A stretch of DNA of 64,000 nt from Candidatus Omnitrophota bacterium. GTDB taxonomy: Bacteria > Omnitrophota > Gorgyraeia > Zapsychrales > Aceulaceae. The stretch is from positions 18,977 through 82,976 of the forward strand of contig JAKQPK010000050.1 in NCBI GenBank assembly GCA_029564765.1. Reading direction: 5' to 3'. The notes under the pieces were generated by a model. That model had not been told where the DNA came from and did not search any database. It saw nothing but the letters and a program-made list of their open reading frames with translations. Both the position numbers and the translations under genes were made by a program. Below are positions 48,913-59,061 of this stretch, in pieces. Within the stretch, counting starts at the first letter, position 1, and every line of letters starts with the position of its first letter.

Positions 48913-51118
48913 CGCCTCTCTCCTCACCTTTTTGCATATTCTGCTTGATCCATTCTTCTCTGTTCACTAAAAGCTCGCGCGCCTTGCTTCCAGAATATGG
49001 GCCAACGATCCCTTCTTGTTCCATCATATCGATGAGACGCGCCGCGCGCGCATAGCCTAAGCGCAATCTTCTCTGAAGCACGGAAACAGACGCTTGATTT
49101 GTCTCAACAACGATACGTACCGCTTCGTCGTAGACCTCATCCTTATCTTCCAGAACGCCTGCCGCTGTCCGCGTTTGTTTATTGATAATGCCTTCATTGT
49201 ACGTCGGTTGTTGCTGAACTTTGATAAAATCGATCACTCTGGAGATCTCTTCATCAGAAACATAGCAGCATTGTCCACGGATCGGCTTTGCCTCTCCCGG
49301 CTTTAAGAATAACATATCCCCTTTGCCGATCAAATTCTCAGCTCCATTCATATCAAGAACTGTTCGAGAATCAACCTTTGATGCGACTTTGAAAGAAACA
49401 CGGGCTGGAAAATTCGCCTTGATAACGCCAGTAATAACATCAACGGAAGGCCGTTGCGTTGCTAGAACAAGGTGAATACCAACAGCGCGCGAAAGCTGGG
49501 CTAAACGCGTGATCGCACTTTCAACCTCTTTTGCGCACACCTGCATCAAATCTGCCAGCTCATCGATCACGACAACGATGTATGGCATGTCGTTTCCTTT
49601 GGATACATAATCCGCGATGTTACGCGAGCCTGCTTGAGCGAGTAAGGAATATCGATTCTCCATCTCTCCAACGACCCATCCGAGCGCGGCCGTAACTTTC
49701 TTTGGGTCTGTGACCGCAGGGCATAACGCGTGAGGGATCGGATTGTACTGACTTAGCTCGACCATTTTTGGATCGACCATCAAAAACTTCAGCTGCTGAG
49801 GAGAATACTTAAAAAGCATTGATAAAATAATACTGTTAAGGCACACTGTCTTCCCTGATCCTGTCGTCCCAGCGACCAGTAAATGGGGCATGTCTGCCAG
49901 ATCCGCGATCAAAACCTGCCCAGCGGTATCCTTGCCTAACGCCAATGTCAGCAAGGACTTTGTTGAACGGAAATTGCTTTGAGCAAGAACATCCTTAAGA
50001 AAGACCATGGACGAAGATAAATTGGGAACCTCAACGCCAACACGGTTCTTGCCGGGGATCGGCGCAACGATGCGAACGCTTTGCGCCTTCATGGCAAGCG
50101 CAATATCATCAGCAAGGGTTGTGATCTGCTGAACGCGGACACCTGGTGCTGGTTCCAATTCATAACGAGTGATCACAGGTCCTCGTTCAATGTCCGCCAC
50201 TCGGACAGTAATGCCAAACTGTGCCAACGTTGTTTCCAAAACCTTGGCTCCTGTCATCAGATCATCTTGGATCTTCTGCGAAGAAACTGGCGGAGCATCC
50301 TTCAGCAGGTCAAGGGACGGCAAATGGTATTCACCGATCATTGGAGGCGCTTCTTTAATGACCGACTGCGGCTTAGGCGTCTCGACAGGGCCAAGCTTGA
50401 TCTTTGGCGCGGGAGCCGGCTTAGGCGCAGATGGCGCTTGCTTTGGAGCAACTTCTTCAAGCTTTGGCTTTGCCACAACCGCTTTAGCAGCTGTCTTCGC
50501 CTCTTCCTTTTTGCGCAGCTTCTGAGCTAAGTCGCTCTTATCGTCACTTAGGTGGTCTGCGAGCTTGCTATGGCTCTCGATGATGAGACTTTTAACCCAT
50601 TCGATAACTTTAAGGACAATAGGATAAAGAAGGAATTCTCCGATCAAGATCGCCATTGCCGCGGTGAACAGCCCTAAAATAATATACGCCCCTGTAGGGC
50701 CAAAATATTTAACAAGAAAGTCTCCTGCAACAATACCCACAAGGCCTGCCCGCTGAAAACGCTCGGCATCACCTGATGGCCCTATTAAGCTATAGAGCGC
50801 GCTGGTCGCAAGAAGAAGAACACCGAAATAGATAAACTTGGGGAATGAAAAGCGGATCTCACGGTTGGCAAAATTATTCCAACTCCAGAAAAACAAAAAA
50901 AGCGCGATAAAATACGCGCTGTATCCCATAACAAAAAGCGCACCTCCAGCCACATAAGCGCCAAAGATGCGGATCAAATTCTTTGCAGGAAGATTTGGTG
51001 TCGGCGTATACCAAGAAAGGTCAAAGGGGTCAAAAGAGATCAGGCTCGCAAAGAGAATCAGAGCGACAGCTAAAATGACAATACCTTTGATCTCGTTAAT
51101 GATATGCTGAGATTTCAT
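48899..51118 (-). CDS. ftsK: DNA translocase FtsK
   Basis: N-terminal TM helices, GTTGSGKT, IDELADLM, ATQRPS, gamma domain LQRRLRLGYARAAR. Confidence 0.96.
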   Translation of the reverse strand: MKSQHIINEIKGIVILAVALILFASLISFDPFDLSWYTPTPNLPAKNLIRIFGAYVAGGALFVMGYSAYFIALFLFFWSWNNFANREIRFSFPKFIYFGVLLLATSALYSLIGPSGDAERFQRAGLVGIVAGDFLVKYFGPTGAYIILGLFTAAMAILIGEFLLYPIVLKVIEWVKSLIIESHSKLADHLSDDKSDLAQKLRKKEEAKTAAKAVVAKPKLEEVAPKQAPSAPKPAPAPKIKLGPVETPKPQSVIKEAPPMIGEYHLPSLDLLKDAPPVSSQKIQDDLMTGAKVLETTLAQFGITVRVADIERGPVITRYELEPAPGVRVQQITTLADDIALAMKAQSVRIVAPIPGKNRVGVEVPNLSSSMVFLKDVLAQSNFRSTKSLLTLALGKDTAGQVLIADLADMPHLLVAGTTGSGKTVCLNSIILSMLFKYSPQQLKFLMVDPKMVELSQYNPIPHALCPAVTDPKKVTAALGWVVGEMENRYSLLAQAGSRNIADYVSKGNDMPYIVVVIDELADLMQVCAKEVESAITRLAQLSRAVGIHLVLATQRPSVDVITGVIKANFPARVSFKVASKVDSRTVLDMNGAENLIGKGDMLFLKPGEAKPIRGQCCYVSDEEISRVIDFIKVQQQPTYNEGIINKQTRTAAGVLEDKDEVYDEAVRIVVETNQASVSVLQRRLRLGYARAARLIDMMEQEGIVGPYSGSKARELLVNREEWIKQNMQKGEERGDGAS

Positions 51119-53214
51119 CCAGCTTGTTTCTTGCTCAGATTAACTCGATTCTGCTCATCAACTTTGAGAATCTTTACCTTAAACTTATCTCCAACCTTGA
51201 CGACAGATTCAACATCCTTCACGAATTTATCCGAAAGCTCTGAAACATGCACAAGACCTTCGCGGCCAGGCAGAAACTCACAGAATGCCCCAAAATTTGT
51301 TACCTTTTTCACAACAGCATCATAGATACGGCCAACTTCAGGATCTTCAGTGATCCCGCGGATAAATTCGATCGCCTTATCGCAGGAAGCCTGGCTCGGG
51401 GAAGAAATAAAGATCGTGCCGTCATCCTCGATATCGATCGCAGCTTCCGTTTCAGCGATGATCTTCTTGATGATGCGACCGCCTGGGCCAATAACCTCAC
51501 CGATCTTGGATGGATCAATATGCAATTCAACGATCTTCGGCGCGTACTCGGATACCTTTTCGCGCGATGACGGTAAAACTGCATGCATCTTATCAAGGAT
51601 CTGAAAACGTGCACGCTTCGACTGGGCGATCGCCTGAGCTAAAAGCTCAATACTAATTCCGCGGATCTTAAGATCGAGCTGGATCGCTGTGACCCCTTTT
51701 CGGCTTCCGGCAACCTTAAAATCCATATCGCCAAAATGATCCTCGAGCCCCATAATATCTGTTATCAAAACAGCTTTTTTATCACCGGTAATAAGCCCGA
51801 CCGATATCCCTGCGACAGGATCCTTGATCGGAACACCGGCATCCATGAGACAGAGCGTTGCCGCACAAACGGTAGCCATGCTGGAAGAACCGTTGGACTC
51901 CAAGATCTCGGACACAACACGAATGGTATAAGGAAAGACTTCCTTGGACGGCATCACAGGCCATAAAGATTTCTCCGCTAAGGCTCCGTGACCGATCTCG
52001 CGCCTTCCAGGACCTCGCATGGGTCGCGTTTCCCCAACGCTAAACGAAGGAAAATTATAATGCAACATAAAGGTCTTGTTGGTTTTACCTTCAAGCGCGT
52101 CGATCATCTGCTCATCACTACGCGTTCCTAACGTCGCGATCGATAAGCTTTGCGTCTGTCCACGGGTAAATAAAGCTGAACCATGTGTCCGCGGCATAAT
52201 ATTAACTTCGCAGGAAATGGGACGGATATCCTCAAAAGAACGGCCATCGATACGGCGGCCCTCGTCAAGGGCGATGCGCCGCATTGCCTCAGCCTGGATC
52301 TCCTCTAGGGCGATCTTGACATCCACCAAAGGAACCTGATCTTGGCCTTCTCTCTTGAACTCATCAAATAGCGTCAGATCGCTCATGACACCCTTAATAA
52401 GATCATCTGTTGCTTTCTCTCGCGATTCCTTGTCAGCGATCTTGTAGGCCTCCAAGATCTTGCTAGAGGTCAAAGAGCGAACTTTTTCGATCAGACGAGG
52501 ATCGACCTGATAAAATTCAACTTTTGCCTTAGGTTTGCCAATATTACGAATAAGGTCTTTTTGCATGGTCAACAACACCTGCAGTTTCTCATAACCAAAG
52601 GAAACAGCCTTGATCACTTCATCTTCCGCAACTTCGCTGGCTTCTCCCTCGATCATAACGACGCCGTTGTCCGAACCAACAACCGTAAGGTCTAAACTAC
52701 TTGTCTGACGCTGCGTGAATGTTGGGTTCAAAACAAGTTGTCCCTCTAGGATCCCAACACGAACAGCACCGATCGGCCCATCAAAAGGAACATCCGAAAT
52801 GCCAAGGGCTGCGGAAGCGCCGATCAATCCTAAAAGATCGGGCGAATTCTCACCATCACTGCTTAAAACAAGCGCAACCACTTGAACCCCGTGAAAAAAT
52901 CCTTTAGGGAACAACGGACGGATGGGTCGGTCGATTAGGCGGGCTGATAAGATCTCGTTCTCTGAGGGGCGGCCTTCACGCTTAAAGAATCCCCCAGGAA
53001 TACGGCCTGCCGCGTAAGTTTTTTCTTGATATTCAACCGTTAAAGGAAAGAAATCGATTCCCGCTTGAGGTTCTTTCGACATACAAGCTGTTACCAATAC
53101 AACCGTTCCGCCGCATGTGACAGTTACAGCGCCGTTAGCTTGTTTGGCTAATTTTCCAGTTTCAATAATGATATTCTGATTCCCGAAAGGAACCTCAATG
53201 CGTTCAACGTTCAT
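51115..53214 (-). CDS. pnp: Polyribonucleotide nucleotidyltransferase
   Basis: GGFFKREGRP, RREIGHG, SNGSSSMA, GDMDFKVAG, KH and S1 domains. Confidence 0.98.
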   Translation of the reverse strand: MNVERIEVPFGNQNIIIETGKLAKQANGAVTVTCGGTVVLVTACMSKEPQAGIDFFPLTVEYQEKTYAAGRIPGGFFKREGRPSENEILSARLIDRPIRPLFPKGFFHGVQVVALVLSSDGENSPDLLGLIGASAALGISDVPFDGPIGAVRVGILEGQLVLNPTFTQRQTSSLDLTVVGSDNGVVMIEGEASEVAEDEVIKAVSFGYEKLQVLLTMQKDLIRNIGKPKAKVEFYQVDPRLIEKVRSLTSSKILEAYKIADKESREKATDDLIKGVMSDLTLFDEFKREGQDQVPLVDVKIALEEIQAEAMRRIALDEGRRIDGRSFEDIRPISCEVNIMPRTHGSALFTRGQTQSLSIATLGTRSDEQMIDALEGKTNKTFMLHYNFPSFSVGETRPMRGPGRREIGHGALAEKSLWPVMPSKEVFPYTIRVVSEILESNGSSSMATVCAATLCLMDAGVPIKDPVAGISVGLITGDKKAVLITDIMGLEDHFGDMDFKVAGSRKGVTAIQLDLKIRGISIELLAQAIAQSKRARFQILDKMHAVLPSSREKVSEYAPKIVELHIDPSKIGEVIGPGGRIIKKIIAETEAAIDIEDDGTIFISSPSQASCDKAIEFIRGITEDPEVGRIYDAVVKKVTNFGAFCEFLPGREGLVHVSELSDKFVKDVESVVKVGDKFKVKILKVDEQNRVNLSKKQAG

Positions 53215-53221
53215 TTATACC

Positions 53222-53497
53222 TCATTTACGTAGATTTAGTTTCTTGATGGTTTCCTCATATTTCTGAGGATCATTTTTCTTTAGATAGGCTAGATGTCTT
53301 CTGCGAGCACCGATCATCATCAAAAGGCCTCGGCGTGAATGAAAGTCCTTTTTATGGCCAGCAAGATGTTGGGAAAGGTCGTTAATTCTTTCGGTCAAAA
53401 GCGCGATCTGAACAACCGCTGATCCGGTGTCTTTGGCGTGGGTTTTAAAATTATCGATAACTTCTGTTTTTTTACCTTTTTGCAAAACCAATTTCAT
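53222..53497 (-). CDS. rpsO: 30S ribosomal protein S15
   Basis: [23 protein letters not shown]; true start may be the TTG at 53491. Confidence 0.97.
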   Translation of the reverse strand: MKLVLQKGKKTEVIDNFKTHAKDTGSAVVQIALLTERINDLSQHLAGHKKDFHSRRGLLMMIGARRRHLAYLKKNDPQKYEETIKKLNLRK

Positions 53498-53549
53498 CCT
53501 CCTTTAATTCTTCTTTTTCAGATAAAGCCCATTGCTTTAAATGTTGCGC

Positions 53550-53578
53550 ATTATACAATTTATATCTATATTAGTCAA
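53550..53578 (-). promoter_or_regulatory. Sigma70 promoter of rpsO-pnp
   Basis: TTGACT-N17-TATAAT. Confidence 0.8.
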
Positions 53579-53616
53579 GCATCCTGTTCTTTGGGAAAAA
53601 AGCCAAGAAAAACGCG

Positions 53617-54627
53617 CTAGAGATAGCGGACGCAGTTACGCCCATCCGCCTTTGCCTGATAAAGGGCTTTATCAGCCAAGACCATAAGATCACGGAACGT
53701 TTTTGCCTGATTTTCAGGATAAGACGTTACCCCAATACTTAAAGTATTATGGATAGACGTCTTTTCACTAAGCTTGAATGTTTTATTCGCAACGGTCTCT
53801 TTGATACGCTCTGCCGCGACCATGGCTCCTGTCTTTTCTGTTCCTGTCAAGATCACTAGAAACTCATCCCCACCGTAACGCCCTAAAAGATCTGTTGTCC
53901 GTAAAAGCCTTTTAAGGGCTAAGGCGATCTGTTTAAGCATCTTGTCCCCGATATGATGGCCAAAATTATCATTGATTGGCTTAAAATAATCCAGGTCGAT
54001 CATCACGCATGTCATGGGCATATTATATCGCCTTGACCGATTCAGTTCTTCTTCAAGACGCTTAACGATCGCCCGGTGGTTCAGCAGCCCCGTCAAGCTA
54101 TCCTCCTGAGCGATCTTCTTAAGATAGCTCTCCCGCTTTTTTCTTTGCGTGATATCCTGAATAGTAACGATCACTCGCTCAAGCGAATTTTCAAATTCAT
54201 TCGGCACCGCAACGCGTAACCATAGATCGTAGCGGCGTCCGTCTGCCCCTCGTGTCTTGAACTCTGATTCGAAGATCTTCTCTCCTGAGATAAGCTCAAC
54301 GAATTCATCGATCATCACCTTAAGATCATCACCAGTCAGGGTCGTTGCAAAACGCTTTACCAAATTTTCTTTGCTGTCAGCACCGTAAAGGTCAAGCGCG
54401 GCAGGGTTGATATCGGCGATCTTGATCTTTTTAAATGCTTTTAAGGCTACACGCGGATGCTGCTGTAAATACTTGCGGAAATTAGAAATGTTTTCCTTTT
54501 TAAGCTGATCACGTAACTCGCAAAAACACGATAGATCTTCTTCCCATATCGCGATAGGCGAATTCTCGAAGATAAAGCGAAACCTCTCGTGATCGCTCTG
54601 ATAACTCTCAAATGAATGCTCTGCCAT
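53617..54627 (-). CDS. PAS-GGDEF diguanylate cyclase
   Basis: FENSP PAS start, DIT linker, DSLTGLLN, RTTD I-site, RYGGDEF. Confidence 0.93.
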   Translation of the reverse strand: MAEHSFESYQSDHERFRFIFENSPIAIWEEDLSCFCELRDQLKKENISNFRKYLQQHPRVALKAFKKIKIADINPAALDLYGADSKENLVKRFATTLTGDDLKVMIDEFVELISGEKIFESEFKTRGADGRRYDLWLRVAVPNEFENSLERVIVTIQDITQRKKRESYLKKIAQEDSLTGLLNHRAIVKRLEEELNRSRRYNMPMTCVMIDLDYFKPINDNFGHHIGDKMLKQIALALKRLLRTTDLLGRYGGDEFLVILTGTEKTGAMVAAERIKETVANKTFKLSEKTSIHNTLSIGVTSYPENQAKTFRDLMVLADKALYQAKADGRNCVRYL

Positions 54628-54651
54628 ACAGCAACCAGCAACCTTTCCAAT

Positions 54652-56331
54652 CTACGTATTACTGATCTTCTCAATACTTAGTATATATTTTCCGCCGATT
54701 CCTTCAAAGAAAATAATTTTAAATTTATCCCCTATGATACGCTTGAGGCTTTCCCACTGATTTTTCTTAACAATGCAATAAGTGATCGGTCTTTCGTTAA
54801 GAAAATCTAAGACCTTTTGATCAGTATTAAGAAAAGGGATCGGGTGCGGGCTAAAAAAACCTTTATCGTTGATATCGATCACGGCGATCGGTCGATCCGT
54901 ATAATAACGAACCCCGCGCGCGTAGAACTTACTTGTTAAAATGATGTCGTTAGATGTGTCAATATTCTTAAAAATATCACAGATCTGCTTGCAGGATACC
55001 CAGGGTTCCGCGGCCCGAAAGCTAAGGCTTAAGGGAACTAAAAGGGCAACAATAAGGCAGGCCTTGACGACGAGGCTCTTGACAAAATCTTTGCGCAAAA
55101 TAAAAAAAACAAGGCTTGCGGCACAGACCGCTAACAAGCCAATAAAAACATAACCTGCCGTCAGAGAATCATATGCTGGGCCAAATTTCTGGACAAAATA
55201 GATCCCAGCAGCCGCCGCAAGAAAAAGGCCGACTCCCATCGCAAGCGAAAAGCCGCGATAAAGACGGACGGTCAAGATGTTCCCTTCGGCCTTCTTGGCC
55301 AAGACAGACTCAAAATAAATACCAAGCAAGATCGCAAATGCTGGAAAGACTGGGAAAACATAGCTCGCTAATTTTGATTGGGCTAACTGTACAACCCCAA
55401 AAACCCAAACTATCCACAGCAGAAGAAACATCAAATGAGCCTGCCAGCCTTTGCTCGCCCTCCATAGATCGCGGGCAAAAGATCCCACCGGCACTAAAAA
55501 AAGGCTCCACGGAAAGACTCCAGCAAAGATCGTCATAAGGTAAAAATACCAAGTATTACTTTTTTGATGTTCCGCCTGGAAGATGCGGCGCACGTGGACA
55601 TTTTGCCAATATTCATCAATAAAACCTTGTCCAAACTGACCATAGCAATATATATGCCATGGAATTGCGATCGCTAAAAATAAAACAAATCCGATCAATG
55701 TCGCCCAACATCCCAAAAACTTGATGTCCTTACGATAAAGCAGAAACATAGCAATAATACCAAAAGGAAAAATAAAGCCTAAGGCGCCCTTGGTCAAGAC
55801 CGCTATCCCTGCGAGAACACAAGATAAGATGATCCCTAAGTTCTTGCGTTTTGGGTGCAAATAGCCATCGTAAAAGAAAACAAGAGATAGCAATACCCAG
55901 ACGGAGAAGACCATGTCAGTTAATACTGCTCGTGATAGCGCGACCCAGATAAAACTTGTCGCGAGGACAACCCCTGACAAAAACGCGGCTGTTCGCTTGC
56001 CTGAGATCCAAAAAGCTAACGCATATGTTCCTAAAACACCGATCACACCAAAAAGCGCTGGAATGAACCGTGAAGCAAATGGCGTCAATCCAAAAACCTT
56101 AACAGCGACGATCATCAACCAATATGTCATGATAGGCTTCTCGAATTGTGGCGCATCAAAAATATACGGAACAAGCCATTCATGGCGCTGCATCATTTCC
56201 TTGACGGTCTGCATATAAAAGACTTCGTCCGGATGCGTTAAGCTCAAACCGCCATTGCCAAGCATCAATGTGCAAAAAGAAATGAGCAACAATGCAAGGA
56301 CCAGAACAACATGTTTCTTGTTTTCAAGCAT
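54652..56331 (-). CDS. ArnT/GT39-family membrane glycosyltransferase
   Basis: DEVFY, FEKPIMTYW, LTKG, SKLASYVFP. Confidence 0.88.
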   Translation of the reverse strand: MLENKKHVVLVLALLLISFCTLMLGNGGLSLTHPDEVFYMQTVKEMMQRHEWLVPYIFDAPQFEKPIMTYWLMIVAVKVFGLTPFASRFIPALFGVIGVLGTYALAFWISGKRTAAFLSGVVLATSFIWVALSRAVLTDMVFSVWVLLSLVFFYDGYLHPKRKNLGIILSCVLAGIAVLTKGALGFIFPFGIIAMFLLYRKDIKFLGCWATLIGFVLFLAIAIPWHIYCYGQFGQGFIDEYWQNVHVRRIFQAEHQKSNTWYFYLMTIFAGVFPWSLFLVPVGSFARDLWRASKGWQAHLMFLLLWIVWVFGVVQLAQSKLASYVFPVFPAFAILLGIYFESVLAKKAEGNILTVRLYRGFSLAMGVGLFLAAAAGIYFVQKFGPAYDSLTAGYVFIGLLAVCAASLVFFILRKDFVKSLVVKACLIVALLVPLSLSFRAAEPWVSCKQICDIFKNIDTSNDIILTSKFYARGVRYYTDRPIAVIDINDKGFFSPHPIPFLNTDQKVLDFLNERPITYCIVKKNQWESLKRIIGDKFKIIFFEGIGGKYILSIEKISNT

Positions 56332-57055
56332 GTAAGGCCTCCTCGATAAGCTGATTAATCGTCACGAATTCAAAACCCTGATTACGCATTTCTTTTGCTA
56401 GTAAAGGGATCGTAGCGACTGTTTGCGCGCGGTCGCCTCCCTCGCTTTTAAAAACGCCTCCACTGTCATGAAAAAGCAGGATATCTCCGCTTTTGACCCT
56501 GCGCATAATAAAACGCGTAATGTGGCGCGCGTCAAACGTGACCCAATCCTTTGAGTTCAAAGACCACAAAACAACATCATAACCCATTTCTTTGATCTTG
56601 CGTTTTGTCCGCGGGCCAAGCCATGCCTTCGGCGGACGAAAATACCGCGTCGTCTGTCCTGTTATCTGGCGGATCAAGTGCTCCGTGTATCGGATCTCCT
56701 GCTCGATCTCTTCCATGCGATAATACAAAACAACATTATGGGCATAGCCATGATTCTCGATCTCGTGCCCCTCGCGGGCGACCCGCTGGGCAACCTCAGG
56801 ATAAAGGCTGACATGGTATCCTGTCATGAAAAATGTTGCCTGGATACCACACTTTTTTAACTCGTCAAGGATCATCGGGGTCCAAACGGGCGATGGGCCA
56901 TCATCAAAAGTTAAAGCGATCTTTTTCTTCGCGGAGGGAAGGCGATAGATCGTTTCTCGACGGATCAGAACAGCCTGATCAAAAAAAATACAAAAGCAAA
57001 GAGCCGCGAGAAAAATGGTGGCACTACTGACAGTAAAAAGAAAAAGGAAATTCAT
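56324..57055 (-). CDS. Polysaccharide deacetylase (CE4/NodB), membrane anchored
   Basis: TFDDGP, HGYAH, FRPP, LFHD. Confidence 0.92.
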   Translation of the reverse strand: MNFLFLFTVSSATIFLAALCFCIFFDQAVLIRRETIYRLPSAKKKIALTFDDGPSPVWTPMILDELKKCGIQATFFMTGYHVSLYPEVAQRVAREGHEIENHGYAHNVVLYYRMEEIEQEIRYTEHLIRQITGQTTRYFRPPKAWLGPRTKRKIKEMGYDVVLWSLNSKDWVTFDARHITRFIMRRVKSGDILLFHDSGGVFKSEGGDRAQTVATIPLLAKEMRNQGFEFVTINQLIEEALHA

Positions 57056-57056
57056 A

Positions 57057-58685
57057 TTAGCGCTTAAACTCGATCAAAGACGGATCGTAACCTTCCGGCG
57101 CTTGAAAACCCAAAAGATTCAGCAATGTCGCAGCAACATTCGACAAGCCTCGATGAGGCAGATCCGCCATGGAATACTCGCCTTGATGGCTAGGATCAAC
57201 AATAATGAATGGAACCGGATTCAGCGTATGCGCGGTCTTAGCGCTTCGCTTGCCATTCTTTTCAACAAACATCTCATCTGCGTTGCCGTGGTCCGCCGTT
57301 ATAACAACGATCCCTCTCAGCTGACAAACTGTATCGATGAGCTTAGCGACACATTCATCCAACGCTTCGATAGAAACCTTGATCGCTTCAACAACGCCGG
57401 TGTGCCCGACCATGTCCCCGTTCGGAAAATTGATACGACCAAACCGATATTCCCCGCTTGTCAGCAGCTCGACGGCCTTTTCCGTGATCTCATAGCATTT
57501 CATTTTTGGCGCCTGATCGAACTGGATCCTGTCAGAAGGGATTTCAATATATTTTTCAAGTGCTTCGTTGATATAGCCAGACTTGTTACCATTCCAGAAA
57601 TATGTTACATGGCCATACTTCTGCGTTTCGGAGAGAGCAAATGATCTTACCCCGGTAGTGCACAGATATTCCCCGATCGTGCGCTCGATCTGAGGTGGAT
57701 TGACCAAGAAATTTTTTGGCACCTTCAGGTCTCCATCATACTGCATCATACCCGCGTAAATAACGCGTGGAAAACGCTCACGATCAAATTCCTTAAAATC
57801 TTCTTCATCAAATGCGCGTGAGATCTCAATAGCCCTATCACCACGAAAGTTAAAAAAGACCACCGAATCACCATCTTCGATCGTTCCCACAGGCTTATCA
57901 TCTACGCAAACAACAAACGCGTGCAAATATTGGTCTGTTATTTTAGGGTCTTCCGCATAATACGTTGATACAGCTTCTTCTGCCGATGAGAATTGCCGCG
58001 CCTTTCCTAAGACGTGGGCTTGCCAACCGCGATGCACAACGCTCCAATCCGCATTGTAGCGATCCATGGTCGTGATCATACGCCCACCACCTGATGCGAT
58101 ACGATAATCAACGCCAAATTCCTGATTGAGCGCACGTAAAAGATTTTCGGTCTTTTCGAGATAGCTCAGCGCGCTCTTTTCACCAACATCGCGCCCATCT
58201 AAAAGGACATGCAAGCGAAGTTTTTTAACACCGTCCTGCGCGCAACGCTTAATAAGCGCAAAAAGCTGGTCAATATGTGAATGCACATTCCCATCCGAAA
58301 GAAGTCCGATCAAATGAAATGTCGCTGACTTTCTTGGGCCATCTATCAACTGCGCCCACAAAGGTGTTTTGAAGATTTCCTCGCTGGCGATCGCGCCATC
58401 AACAAGCTTTGCGCCTTGGGCAAAAACCCGACCGGCACCCAACGCATTATGCCCTACTTCGCTATTGCCCATATCTTCATCACTGGGAAGACCAACAGCC
58501 ATGCCATGAGCCTGAAGGGATGTAAACAACGGACTTACAAAAAGCTTATCGAGACAGGGTGTGCGAGCGACAAAGACACCATTGGAAGGATCTTTTTTGC
58601 CAAGACCGATACCATCCATAATAATGAACAACAGTGGCCCGGGCCGCCCAGAAAACGCTTTAAGTTTTTTTAAATGTAGATCCAT
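57057..58685 (-). CDS. gpmI: 2,3-bisphosphoglycerate-independent phosphoglycerate mutase
   Basis: MGNSEVGH, SDGNVHSH, FNFRGDR, DMVGHTG, TADHGNAD. Confidence 0.96.
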   Translation of the reverse strand: MDLHLKKLKAFSGRPGPLLFIIMDGIGLGKKDPSNGVFVARTPCLDKLFVSPLFTSLQAHGMAVGLPSDEDMGNSEVGHNALGAGRVFAQGAKLVDGAIASEEIFKTPLWAQLIDGPRKSATFHLIGLLSDGNVHSHIDQLFALIKRCAQDGVKKLRLHVLLDGRDVGEKSALSYLEKTENLLRALNQEFGVDYRIASGGGRMITTMDRYNADWSVVHRGWQAHVLGKARQFSSAEEAVSTYYAEDPKITDQYLHAFVVCVDDKPVGTIEDGDSVVFFNFRGDRAIEISRAFDEEDFKEFDRERFPRVIYAGMMQYDGDLKVPKNFLVNPPQIERTIGEYLCTTGVRSFALSETQKYGHVTYFWNGNKSGYINEALEKYIEIPSDRIQFDQAPKMKCYEITEKAVELLTSGEYRFGRINFPNGDMVGHTGVVEAIKVSIEALDECVAKLIDTVCQLRGIVVITADHGNADEMFVEKNGKRSAKTAHTLNPVPFIIVDPSHQGEYSMADLPHRGLSNVAATLLNLLGFQAPEGYDPSLIEFKR

Positions 58686-58784
58686 AAGATATTTTTATAT
58701 GAGTATATATAGACCGTGTTATTGTACATAAAAACAAAGGAGCTTGAAACTTTTTTTGTAGAAATTTATGGAACTGCGGTAGTC

Positions 58785-58970
58785 TCAGGCTGGAAATTCC
58801 GGCTGGTGATACTTGATCCACTCGTTGGCGTAACGGCTGTACCAATCCTCTGCCGCTGCTTGAAAGCCGATATCTTTACCTTTTTTCTCACCTTCAAACC
58901 AGCGATGGCGTTCGATCTCTTCGATCACGCGTTTATCTTTAAGAAGTTGTTGCAAAGGATATTTACACAT
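58785..58970 (-). CDS. Small protein, DUF4032 C-terminal-like
   Basis: EIERHRWFEGEKKGKDIGFQAAAEDW; has its own promoter and AGGA RBS. Confidence 0.7.
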   Translation of the reverse strand: MCKYPLQQLLKDKRVIEEIERHRWFEGEKKGKDIGFQAAAEDWYSRYANEWIKYHQPEFPA

Positions 58971-58987
58971 AATTTTTTCCTAAACGC

Positions 58988-59017
58988 ATTGTATCGCAAC
59001 AAGATAAAAACTGTCAA
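58988..59017 (-). promoter_or_regulatory. Sigma70 promoter of the 61-aa gene
   Basis: TTGACA-N18-TACAAT. Confidence 0.7.
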
Positions 59018-59061
59018 GAAATATAAATAACGCTCAAGAAAAGAACACAAGACGCCAATGC

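Noticed and set aside
50350-50520. Pro/Ala/Lys-rich repeat-like DNA
   Set aside because: Ordinary low-complexity FtsK linker
57015-57644. 209-aa plus-strand ORF
   Set aside because: Antisense shadow of gpmI
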